Source of the DNA: a virus
Reading direction: 5' to 3' (one strand)
DNA: 64,000 bases
Virus record (IMG/VR): IMGVR_UViG_3300045051_000531
The notes under the pieces were generated by a model. It saw only the letters and a list, made by a program, of their open reading frames with translations, did no database searches and was not told the origin of the DNA. Positions within the stretch are counted from its first letter, which is position 1, and each line of letters starts with the position of its first letter. This document shows positions 43,945 to 54,600 of the stretch, piece after piece. The position numbers were made by a program, and so were the translations under genes.

Positions 43945-44526
43945 ATGAACGATGTGATCCGCGAAGCCGCGGACATTACGCGCCGTATCGGCGAGATCGA
44001 GAAGCAGAAGGAGGCCCTGTCCACCCAGTTCCGCTCGTTGGGAGACCAACAGGAAAAGCTGGCCAGCCGCCTGAACGACTTCAAGGGCGAGCTCATCGGG
44101 AAAGGGCTGTTCGAGGGGACCATGCAGACCAACAGTCTGTACCGGACCCGGAACGGTTCCCTGGTCATGGCCATGCAGCCCTGCGATGTCCTCCCTGGCG
44201 TCATGGGATCGGTGTGCGATGTTGCCGTGCTGCGCGGTGGTCACGGCATCGACAAGGTCCGCGGCAACAGGCCTGGTTCGACGTACGCGGTTCAGTGGCG
44301 GTTCCCGACACCCGAGGAAGCCGCGGCGACGAAGTCGGCCGAGGAGGATGACGAGATCCCCGAGGAGATCCGCAAGCTGCTGGCCAGGCGTCGGCGTCAC
44401 GCCGAAGACGACGAGCTCGTCGTCAACGAGGCCCCCGATATCTGGCGACTGGACGGTGCCAGCTTCATGGGGATGTACGGCATGGGGATCGCCGCCTTCG
44501 TGAGCTCCGTCGAGTTGCCGACGTGA
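43945..44526 (+). CDS. hypothetical protein with N-terminal coiled coil
   Basis: ATG after AGGAGG. Confidence 0.6.
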   Translation: MNDVIREAADITRRIGEIEKQKEALSTQFRSLGDQQEKLASRLNDFKGELIGKGLFEGTMQTNSLYRTRNGSLVMAMQPCDVLPGVMGSVCDVAVLRGGHGIDKVRGNRPGSTYAVQWRFPTPEEAAATKSAEEDDEIPEEIRKLLARRRRHAEDDELVVNEAPDIWRLDGASFMGMYGMGIAAFVSSVELPT

Positions 44527-44846
44527 CCGAAGTTCCTGCCAAGCGGGTCATCGTGACTGAGCACGCCAGGTTGCGTGCTCGGGAGCGGTTCCCCGCTTTG
44601 CGGGGACGCTCGGATCGATACCTGAACTCGGTGCTCACAGCGATAGCGTTCCAGGGTCCACTGTACGGGGAGTCCGTTGTGGTCGGGCATGAGTACAGGC
44701 ACGGCAGCCATGGACCGGCACGGGACGTCGTGATCTGTGTCAGACCGGATCAGGACGATCCCACCAAGCTCATGGTGGTGACCGCGCTCACCGAGGCCGA
44801 GGTGAAACGAGCAGGTCCATTTAGACCAGGTAGCCAGATCACTTGA
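44523..44846 (+). CDS. small protein, possibly a RelE/DUF4258-like nuclease fold
   Basis: VIVTEHARLRARER...KLMVVTAL. Confidence 0.35.
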   Translation: MTEVPAKRVIVTEHARLRARERFPALRGRSDRYLNSVLTAIAFQGPLYGESVVVGHEYRHGSHGPARDVVICVRPDQDDPTKLMVVTALTEAEVKRAGPFRPGSQIT

Positions 44847-44891
44847 GTCCAATCTATTGCAGTTAGAACGTCACCCCGCTATGGAGGCCCG

Positions 44892-45470
44892 ATGACTGAG
44901 CTCCGCCAGAAGATCACCACGTTGTTCTCGCTCGCCGGAGCTGGTCTTGTGGTCACCCTGCTGACCCCTGCGAGGTATGCCGAGGCGGCCTCGTACGATC
45001 CCGTGCCCGTACGGCCCGAAATGGTCGTACCCTACCCGCCGGACGTCCCGGAGGAGATCGTGGTTCCAGCGCGCCCGGAGTGCCCCTCGCGGGTCATCCG
45101 GATGCGGGTCACGGCGTGTTCCCCGCAGGACCCCCAGGACGCCGAGTACTACGCCCGGCACGGCTATGAGGGTGGCATCTACGGGATCGCGGCGTACACC
45201 AAGCAGTTCCCTAAGGGGACCCTTATGAGGGTTTCCGGGTACCTGGATAAGTCCTACCCGGACAAGTTCTGGTCGGTCGATTCGGCAGGTGGCTCCGTGA
45301 TCCGGCGTAGCGCCCGGTCAGGGGTTCCCCACATCGACGTCAAGTTCAGGACCTACTACACCGCGCAGCGCTGGGGGAACCGGTGGATCGACGTCGAGGT
45401 CATCGACGCCGACGACTACAGGGCCTGGCAGCGAGCCGCGGCGGAGTGGGATCGTCTCTACGCCAAGTAG
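44892..45470 (+). CDS. 3D-domain (MltA-like) cell-wall-binding/lytic protein with N-terminal signal or anchor
   Basis: MRVTAC, GIAA..KQFPKGTLMRVSGY, SVDSAGGSV, HIDV, AQRWGNRWIDVEV; hydrophobic N-terminus. Confidence 0.7.
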   Translation: MTELRQKITTLFSLAGAGLVVTLLTPARYAEAASYDPVPVRPEMVVPYPPDVPEEIVVPARPECPSRVIRMRVTACSPQDPQDAEYYARHGYEGGIYGIAAYTKQFPKGTLMRVSGYLDKSYPDKFWSVDSAGGSVIRRSARSGVPHIDVKFRTYYTAQRWGNRWIDVEVIDADDYRAWQRAAAEWDRLYAK

Positions 45471-45477
45471 GAGAACC

Positions 45478-48400
45478 ATGCCCCTTACCCGGCTGAGTCG
45501 TGCGGAGCTCCCGCACATCGTCTATTTCCGTTCCCCGGTTCAGATGTGCCAGCGTGTCGGCACCATCGATACCTACGATCCCAAGGTCGACCGGCTCTTC
45601 GAGCAGGGCAACTATCTGATCAAGGACATCATCACGGGGCGGCGCTACGGGATCCCGATCAAGGAGACCAGGCACCCGAATCCGGACAAGATCAAGGGGG
45701 TCTACAGTCTGGATCTCTGCTTCGACATCGAGACGGCATGGCGGGACTACTGGCACACCCAGGCCTATGAGACCCACCGCAAGCTGACCAAGTTGGACGT
45801 CGGAGCCTTCTTCGACATCGGTGTTGGTGATGGAGCCGCGTACTATGTCGTCACCATGATGCGCCGGCTCCGGTGCTTCGTGGAGTGGCGCGGGTTCAGC
45901 GGTGACGAATGGGCCGACCACCATTTCGGGTACGGTGGCTGGTTCCTGAACCGCGAGATCCAGGGGTACTGCTCGTTCCAGCCTCCGATCTTCGGCTACG
46001 AGAAAGTCGGAGCCGAGCGGTCCTGGGAGCAGCTCGAAGCCGAGGGGTTGGTCCCCAAGGATGTCCTGGAATCAAACCAGAAAATGCAGGTGGCCTGATG
46101 ACCCAGAAGTGCGTCACGATCTGCGATACCTGTCACTACGAACAGGATCACTCCCAACTCATGTTCGGGTCGGGACGCGCCATGTACCCGGACGGCGAGT
46201 TCATGGGGATCCAGCGGCATATCTGCGAGACCTGCCAGGAGCTCCGGAGACACAACGAGATCAACAAGATGTTCAGTAAGTTTCGCGAAGATCTCAAACT
46301 CGGACTCACCGACAAGCCGGAGAAACCATGACGGACCAAGAACTCGTTGCCGATGCCCGGCGCAAGCTGGAGCTCGGCCTCGATAGCCTCAAGATGGTGG
46401 AGAACCGCACCGCGGATGTCTCCCACGCCATCATCAAGCTGGAGTCAGCGCTCCGCGGGATCGATGACTACGAGAAGAAGAAACCCGAGAAGTGATCGAT
46501 AAGTACTGCCAGAAGTGTGGGGCACCGTACCAGGAAGGTTCGGTGCCCCACGAGTGCCCGAAGCCAGCGCTGACGGTGTCGCCGTTCCTGATTGCTCAGG
46601 CTCCGTCGCTACACGACGTCGACGAGCTCCTCGCTGATATCGACGCCATGCTGAACTGCATCAGCATGGGAGCCAAGTTTCTGGATGACATCGTGGTGAC
46701 CCACAAACGGATCCGCGAGATGCGTAACAAGATCGCTGTGGCCAAGACCGCTATGTTCATGGTTGGTTACGCGGACACCGGGTGCCACTGCGCCGAAGTC
46801 CCGTTTCCGCACCGACACGGGGTCAACGGGATCGAGCCGTTGCAGTGAGCCATCCGATCACGCACGTCATCGAGCAGCTCATCGGGCTCGATGGGGCCAC
46901 GGAGTCAGAAGTTCAGGAAGCCCTATGGGCTATGACAAAACCGCTCAAGGAGGTCACACTAGCTGACGTCGCGGAAGAGATCCGGAGACGTCGCGCCGAA
47001 GCCAAGGAGAACCCTGCATGAACCTGACACCAGGTGTCCAAGAGCTCTTCGACCACCATCTCGAAGATCTCAAGAAGCTCATCGCCGATAAGCAGAAGGC
47101 TGCGGCCGGACTGCAGTGGGGGTCCATGAGGACCATCTTTGCCCCATTTCCTGATCTCATGAAACAGCTGGAGCCCTACCTGGCCCAGTACCACGCCCTG
47201 CCTGGAGTCCGGCATGGTTCGTGATCTCCTCATCCAGGCTGTGGTCGCCGTCAAGGAGCTCCGTAACAACGCCATGGGGAGCCAGGACGAACTCGCCGCG
47301 TTCGTAACCGCGAACCCCAAGTTGGCCTGGGAGTTCATCAGCATCCTCATGGATACCGCGGAAGCCGTGGATCCGATCAAGGGGATCCTGGACTACGATC
47401 AGGATCCCGTGGATCTGGAGACCGCCGATTTCGCGACGGGGTACTGTATCGCGCAAACCGATCGTAACGGGCTGTTCAACAAGCCATGCAAGGTTATCGG
47501 AGGGATCTCTCACGCCGTTGGTGAACGCGTCAGGCGTTACGGCATCGTGGAACCAGGCGATGGCGACTACCTGACCTGGAACACCTGGCAGGAAGCCAAC
47601 GCGGTGTTGGAGTCCATGGAGCCCGACATCAGAGCGGCGTTCCGGGTGTTCCCTGTGCTGTTGGCGTTCGGTGTCGAGGCCAAGCGGGTCAAGCCGCGGG
47701 ACGAACGTCCCGAGACGATCGATCTGCCGCCGGCCAAGGCGCCGTCAGAGGACGAGATCAGGTGTCCGCACTGCAACGAGGTCTACGTGCTCCCCGAGGT
47801 CGCCGAGCTGAACTGCGAGAACTACGGGACCACCGGCTTCAACCTGAAGCACAGCTGTGGGCACGTCATCCGGGTTCTCACGGGCCGCGAGGTCAAGGTC
47901 TACGGCATCGAGCGGGCTCCACCGACGGCCACCGATGACTTCGGTGAGGGGGCCACGGACCCCGCGAAGAAGTGATCATCATCTATCCGGACGGCCGGAT
48001 CGAGAACGTGACGTACACCGACTACACCTCGATCCACGCGGCCGTGAATCCGCCTGGCCGCGATGATGCCTTCACGGCTGTGCCGCTCCGGGAAAGCCAC
48101 CGGTGCGGGTACACCGTGTACGTCAACGAGGTCGGGCTCCACACCAACATGCCGGTGAACGAGTTCGCCGAACGGCTGTGCGACTACGCGCCTCTCGTTG
48201 GTCCAGCGGTCATCGTGACCCACGAGGAATCCAACGAAACCGATCTGCTCGGTGACCTGATCCCGGAGTGCCGGGAGTCCTTCAAGCGGAGGCTCGGGCA
48301 GGTTATCCTGTGGGCCAAGGAAGCCGTAGCCAAAGCGAAGGCGCAGGAGAACTGATGCCGGATCCACAACAGGCGATCATCATTCAGCTCGAAGAGAAGA

Positions 48401-49734
48401 TCATCGAGTTGGAGATCAAGCTCAGGGTGGCCAACGAGCTCCGCGAAAAGGCTCAGATGGAGCGCAACGCGATCCGTGCGGAGTGCAACAGGATCTGGAT
48501 CCGGAGGGTCACTGATATGCGCAGGATCTACCGGAGATTCTACGCGATCACCAAGCTCTACGTGGATTCCGTGACCTGCTACTATCTCCTTGCCCAGATG
48601 GGGATGCCTCAGCCTGAGCACCCCGAGCGGACCAAGTTGTGGCAGGAGCTCGTCATGGCATTACACGACTGCAACCCGGGCCCGAAACCCGTGAAGAAGG
48701 AGGAAGATCCCGGATGACGACGTTCTTTCAGCCCAAGTTCGAAACGGGTGTCAAGGGGCGCACCATCGTCGGCTGCGTCGACGTCGCCATGTGTGATGGT
48801 GACCGGTGGCCTGGTCTCATGCTCGATGATGGCTCCTACATCCTGATCCAGTCCGATGGTGAAGGTAACAGCGGCGGTTTCATGGAACTCAGCGATAAGA
48901 CCGGTAAGCGTATCGGTTGCGGGGGCATGAAATGAGCCGCGTTCTGAAGCCGTGTCCGTGCTGTGCCTGCAAGACGGTGTACGTGCTCACGGACATGAGC
49001 AACTCAGTACCCGCTAGGGTGATCGGTGGCGGCGTCCGCTGTGGCCGTTGCAAGCTCCAGATCGATAGAAGTACTCCAGCTGCGGCCATCAAGGCCTGGA
49101 ACAGGAGACCCCGTGGAACTCGTCGTCGACGCTGATCGTCTCAAGTACGACGATCTCACCAAGATCTATGTGCGAGCCAAGGACCCCGACGGCAAATACG
49201 GGACCTTCGATATCGCCACGCTCACCAAGGCGTCGCTCAAGGAATGGCTCCTGAGCCGCAACGATGCTCTCTGGCAGGCCAACGTGGTCGCCGTCATCCT
49301 GGGCCACGGGCAATTCGATAAATGAGTCGGACCAAGAAGGGCGCCAAGGGCCCCGGGTACGAGTACTGGGGGAAGCGGCCGGGGCCCAGAGACCCCGGCC
49401 GGTACTCCAAGACACAGACGCATCGCGCCGAGAGGCGCGCAGCCAAACGCATAAAGGAGGCCGACTAATGGCCACGAAAACCACGAAGCGGAAGCCACTG
49501 ACCACCAAGATCCGCGTCGACAAGGGCTTCGGTGACGTCACCGGGGATCGCAACAAGATCCGGATCGCTGGCACCTGCATCGACGACGTCGCCCTCAACG
49601 CGCGCGACGTCACCATGACGATCTCGTTCCAGGAGACCGGCCCGGTGCTGGTGACCTACGACACCGACGGCAACATCCTGCGCTCCGGCAAGTTCACCTG
49701 GTCCGAGATCACGTCGCGTCTCGACGTCAAGTGA
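45478..49734 (+). other. run of tightly packed hypothetical ORFs (45478-46098, 46098-46331, 46328-46495, 46492-46848, 47018-47224, 47214-47975, 47972-48355, 48355-48717, 48714-48935, 49113-49325, 49322-49468, 49468-49734)
   Basis: Contiguous + strand ORFs joined by ATGA/GTGA/TGATG overlaps; 47972-48355 is DUF3846-like (YVNEVGL...PVN...LVGPAVI). Confidence 0.6.
48932..49135 (+). CDS. Lar-family (restriction alleviation)-like Zn-ribbon protein
   Basis: LKPCPCC...VRCGRC...AAIKAWNRR. Confidence 0.55.
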   Translation: MSRVLKPCPCCACKTVYVLTDMSNSVPARVIGGGVRCGRCKLQIDRSTPAAAIKAWNRRPRGTRRRR

Positions 49735-50456
49735 CCCCGGAGGTCCGAGCGGATGACATCAGCAATCACCCGGTGTGCCAGAGCTGCCGGGGGATCTGCT
49801 GTGTCCGTTTTCAGATCTTGGTTGGCCTGACCCCGGATGGTACCCCGGACTGGGATCGCAATGCCAGGGTTTGCAATGTGCCCGACGTCGAACGGGACTT
49901 CATCAAGCAGCATTTCGTTCCGATCAAGCCGCCTGGTGGATTCACGGAGATCGCTGGTAGGGCGTCCGATGGTGTCGAGCTCAGGCAGATGTGGTTCACG
50001 TGCCTGGCGTTCAAGGATGGGAAGTGCTCGAAGTACGAGCAGCGCCCCAGGGTCTGCAGTACGCATCTCTGCGAGCCAGCTGAGAGATACGGGCTGAACC
50101 CGGAGCTCTTCATCGAGACCGGTTGGGAGCCCGGGAAGGCGTATCGGTACGCCCAGTTGTTCCCCGGGCTATACGATCTGAATCGCGGTGTCCCGCCGGA
50201 GCTCGGGACCGAGCTCGGTCCAGTTGATGCCGTGGGTTATTCCGCGGCGTCAGCCAAGTTACGCGAGGCCATCGATGCTGAACTCGAAACCCGAGTTGTG
50301 GCTGCTATGGAACGAGCTGGGATCTCAGGTGGGATTCCAGATCTGCTCAAGTTGATCAAGGAGCGCGGAGACGCGTACCACAAAGCCCGTATGACCAAGT
50401 GGCTCCCCATCGCCGTTGAGGCGGCCACAGAACCGAATGCACAGGAGGTCAGATGA
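49731..50456 (+). CDS. YkgJ-like Cys-cluster (Fe-S/Zn) protein
   Basis: CQSCRGICC...CLAFKDGKCSKYEQRPRVC. Confidence 0.7.
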   Translation: MTPEVRADDISNHPVCQSCRGICCVRFQILVGLTPDGTPDWDRNARVCNVPDVERDFIKQHFVPIKPPGGFTEIAGRASDGVELRQMWFTCLAFKDGKCSKYEQRPRVCSTHLCEPAERYGLNPELFIETGWEPGKAYRYAQLFPGLYDLNRGVPPELGTELGPVDAVGYSAASAKLREAIDAELETRVVAAMERAGISGGIPDLLKLIKERGDAYHKARMTKWLPIAVEAATEPNAQEVR

Positions 50457-51625
50457 CCAAGTCCAAAGCTGCTTTTTTGCTCGAAGAGGAGCCCAGTTCC
50501 AAGGATGACGATGCCGAGACCAAGGAGGCCAAGGCTTCCGCGGATCCTCGTTACGTTGGGATCTGGGTCCGCAGCGGTTCCCAGTTCGACATCTACGCTC
50601 CGGCCGTGGGCACCAAGCTGGAGCCCGCGACGTACGTCGTCCAGGCCGCCCCGATGCGCGGGTTCTACCTGGAGCTCCTCGCCGATCTGCCTGTCCCGAC
50701 TCGGATCTACGGCATCAACCATGCCGAGCGGATCATGAGGTCCTACAGGAGCCGTGCCGAACAGGGCACCTCGACGGGTGTCTGGCTCAACGGGGAGAAG
50801 GGTTCCGGGAAGACCATGCTGGCTTCCGTGCTGTCCAAGATGGGCCGCGAGCTCGGGCTCCCCACGGTGCTCGTCCAGACGCCCTACACGGGTCCCGGGT
50901 TCAACGCGCTCATCGAGCATCTCGGCCAGGCCGTCGTGGTCTTCGATGAGTTCGAGAAGGTCTACAGCGAGGACGGCCACAAGGACGGCCTCCTGACGAT
51001 GTTCGCTGGCTCCGTCGTGGCCAAGCATCTCTACGTCGTCACGACGAACTCGGACTGGAAGGTGTCCGAGGCGATGCGGAATCGCCCCGGGCGGATGCGC
51101 TACTTCATCGACTACAAGGGGGTCAGCGAGGACGTCGTCCAGGACTACCTCAACGAGCGCCTCAAGGACAAGTCGGTGATGAAGGAGCTCGTCAAGGCGC
51201 TGGCGGCAGTTCCGGAGTGCAACTTCGACATCCTGATGGCAGCTGTCGAGGAGCACAACATGTTCGGCGGATCCGTCGCGGATCTCCTTGCCATCATGAA
51301 CATCAACCGGCGTGCCCGTACGATCTACAAGATCACTTACGTCGGAAAGGATGGCGACGGGGAACACATCGAGGGTACCGGCGAATGGACCGGTGAGCTC
51401 GATGATCTCCTCCACGGCAGCGAGTCCACCGATGAAGGTCACGTCATGTTCGGGGTCAGGTACCGGAACGCGGCTGGCAAGTCCTGCCATACGCATGTCA
51501 TGTTCGAGGCCCCCGATGTGCCCGAGTTCGACGAACTCGGTGGCATCGTTCTCCGTAACACCAGTGGTGTTGCAGTGCTCCGTCAGCGGTACAGCGGTTT
51601 CAGCAAGTACCGGCAACAGTTCTGA
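50453..51625 (+). CDS. AAA+ ATPase
   Basis: GEKGSGKT, VVVFDEFEK, VTTN, NRPGR. Confidence 0.85.
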   Translation: MTKSKAAFLLEEEPSSKDDDAETKEAKASADPRYVGIWVRSGSQFDIYAPAVGTKLEPATYVVQAAPMRGFYLELLADLPVPTRIYGINHAERIMRSYRSRAEQGTSTGVWLNGEKGSGKTMLASVLSKMGRELGLPTVLVQTPYTGPGFNALIEHLGQAVVVFDEFEKVYSEDGHKDGLLTMFAGSVVAKHLYVVTTNSDWKVSEAMRNRPGRMRYFIDYKGVSEDVVQDYLNERLKDKSVMKELVKALAAVPECNFDILMAAVEEHNMFGGSVADLLAIMNINRRARTIYKITYVGKDGDGEHIEGTGEWTGELDDLLHGSESTDEGHVMFGVRYRNAAGKSCHTHVMFEAPDVPEFDELGGIVLRNTSGVAVLRQRYSGFSKYRQQF

Positions 51626-51643
51626 TAACTACAGAAGGAACAC

Positions 51644-54600
51644 ATGAAAAGCTTTTATCCCACCGTGGCCCAGTTGCTCGCAATCGAGACGCTCGCGATC
51701 AGAAAGGCGGAGATCGCGGCTCGGCATCTCGACAAGATCAGCAAGGCTGCCGCGGCCAAGAAGCCCAAGAAGGGCGCCAGCACCGGCGGCCCGGATATCC
51801 AGAAGGTCGTCGCCGCTATCAACGACTTCGACGAGGACCGCCGGGACCTGGTTGCCAAGCTGATGTCGGCTGCTCTCGGGAAGCCTGAGATCGTCGACAT
51901 GATCGACAAGGACGGCGGCAGCTCGGAGGCCAGAGCCGCTCCGATCCCAGGGTTCTTCTCGAAGGCTGGTCGCTGGGCCCTCGGCGTCGCCGTGGTCCCC
52001 CTGGAGTGTAACAACGATCACGACTACGATCTCAACGAGGTTGTCTTCATGTCGGGTAACTCCGATGATCAGGGCTACCGGGTTGACTCCGATGGCGAGT
52101 TCAACCCAGGCAACAGCCTCGGCGATACGGAGGGCGCCTGGCGCCCCGCCACGGTTGCCGAGATCAAGTCGGTCATCGAGAACGTCCGGGATCGAATCCA
52201 GGAAACCGACAACGAGTGGAACGCCAGGAACCCGTTCGGCTCCGCGTTGACGGAGTCCGACTAATGGCCACGTACTGCGCCGCTCCGAGGCGTACGCTGA
52301 AGCATGGTGACCTGGTCAAGTTCATCGTGGACGGACAGGAGGTCCAGTACCGAGTCTGTACCGAGCACCTCGAGAACCCGTACGGACCGAACTGCAAGAT
52401 ATTCGATATGCTGAAGCTCGGCCGTGGTGCGATTGCACAGGAAGCTTATGGGTACTACACGGATGACTCATCGGGCTGGCCGGGGTCGCACAACCGGGAC
52501 TACGCGGCGTTGACCAGGCTTGTCAGGCTCCTGTTCGACAAGATCAAGAAGCACAACGCTCGTCCGACTACGAAGGAGTACTGCCGGAGGCGCAAGCTCC
52601 CGGCTCGTTTTGCCGAGGTCGTCGAGTTCTTCAGGAAGAACAACTTCGGGTGCCAGAACGGGGCGGCACAGAGCCTCATGGAGGCCTACTTCGGTTGCTC
52701 CGTCAAGATCACCAGTATCCTGCCGGAGACCAGATCGGCCAGGTAACATGAACGTCCTCCTGAAGTTCGACTGCCAGACCTGCAAGTACACCGAGGACAT
52801 CGGTGTCGACGTCGCCTGTGGCGTCGTCATCCAGGGAACCGTTACCGTGATCTGTCCGAGGTGCGGCCACATCATCATCGTCAAGGATATCATCGCGGCC
52901 GTACCGGTTCGGTTCAAGCTGGAGCACAGGAAGGAGGACGACGCATGAACGCGATACAAGAGGCCCGCGAGGCCATGTTGAAGATCTGGCCTCGCGGGAA
53001 GGACTGCGAGCACGTCCACGCCAAGGAAGCCTTCGAGGCCTTGGACCGTGCCGACAAGGTGCACGACGAGCTCAAACAGCGTTACGAAGAGCTCAGGCGG
53101 CAGTACAACGAGCTCCCAGCATGTCAGCGGCTGTAAGCCACTGGCGCGACCGGATCACGGTTCGGGTCCGCAAGCTGCCTGGCCGTGAGGAATGGCGATG
53201 CACGGTAACGTATCCCAAGCACAAGGCCGATAACTACCGTGGTGGGAGGCACTGCAGCGCTGCGACTCCGGCTGAAGCGATCATCGGAGCCCTGGAGCAT
53301 CTCAAGCAGCGGCTCATCAAGCGGGTCACCTTCCGTCCCCCGAGGAGGCCGCGTGCCAGACAAGCCGATGCCTGCACTCCCGTGGCCACCGGGAACTGAT
53401 CCAGCGATAGCGTTTCAACGGGAACTCATCAAGGCTATGGCGCCGCGCCCACACGGTGGCGACCATAGCCCCAATGAGTTCTGTTGTAGGGATCCAGCCA
53501 CAGGAGAGCCCCTGACGTACGGGGAGCTCCTGGAGAGGTACTCCGTGGCGATGCTCATCATCGCTGAAGTTGAAGCCCGAGCTAAAGGAGGCCCATGAAG
53601 ACTACCGCAGGTATCGAGTACGGCCTTCACGCCAGGCTGTACGGTAAGTACAGGCATGCCAGGAACCGGGCTCTCCATGGGCCCGGTTCGTTCTGGCGTC
53701 GCAAGCACTGGGCTCATGTAGCCAATGCCATCTTCATCAGGTATCCCTGGGCGGCTCAGCCGCCGAGGTATGAGATCCGGTTCGACCGGATCCAGATGCC
53801 TAAGATCGCTGGCGGCTTCCCGACAGCGGATCTCAGAGCCATCCTGACCGCCGAGGAGAACTCCTTTATGCAAGCAGCCGGAGTACCGGAGCCCATGCTG
53901 GTGTACCGGGAGCCCACTCCCGAGGAGATCGCTGAGCACGACCGTATCGCAGCCTGGGAGCGCCAGGGTAAGCTGCATCCCGGTGTTCAGGGGAGATCCA
54001 CGAAGATCACCCGTGAGGAGTACCTCAAGGGACGCACGGATCCCAAGATCCTGGAGCTCCTCGACAAGAACCCCATGGCGACGCTCTACTGGTACGATGA
54101 CATCAGGTTCCTCAGCGGCACCGCGGGTTACGCGGTGGTCCTCAACGGGAAGTGCCTGGGTCGCCAGGTCATCAGGATGTCATGAACCCGTCTATCACCA
54201 CAACATCGGAGGATACTCCATGACAGCCGTACTCCCAAACATTGAGAACTGGGTGAATCTCACGACCGAAGAACGGAACCTGCTCTGCCAGGCTGACCGT
54301 GCCACCCGGCCTGCCAATGAAAAGGAGGCGCAGGCCTGGTTCAGTGCTCGATACGACGCCTGTGAAGCTCTCCTCAAGCCTTACATCATGGGCCTCGGAC
54401 AGTTCAAAGTCATCGCGGCCCACAAGCATGGGATGAGTGACTCCAAGGAGAAGTGGTACCACGAGCATCTCGTGGAATCCATTGTCCACGCGATGGTCGG
54501 AAGGCTCTGGGTCATGCAGCCACCGGTTGTCCAGGAGCTGATCGACAAGCACAAGGCCGGCGAGACGATCGAGCTGATCGGCTGCGAAGTGCTGCGGTGC

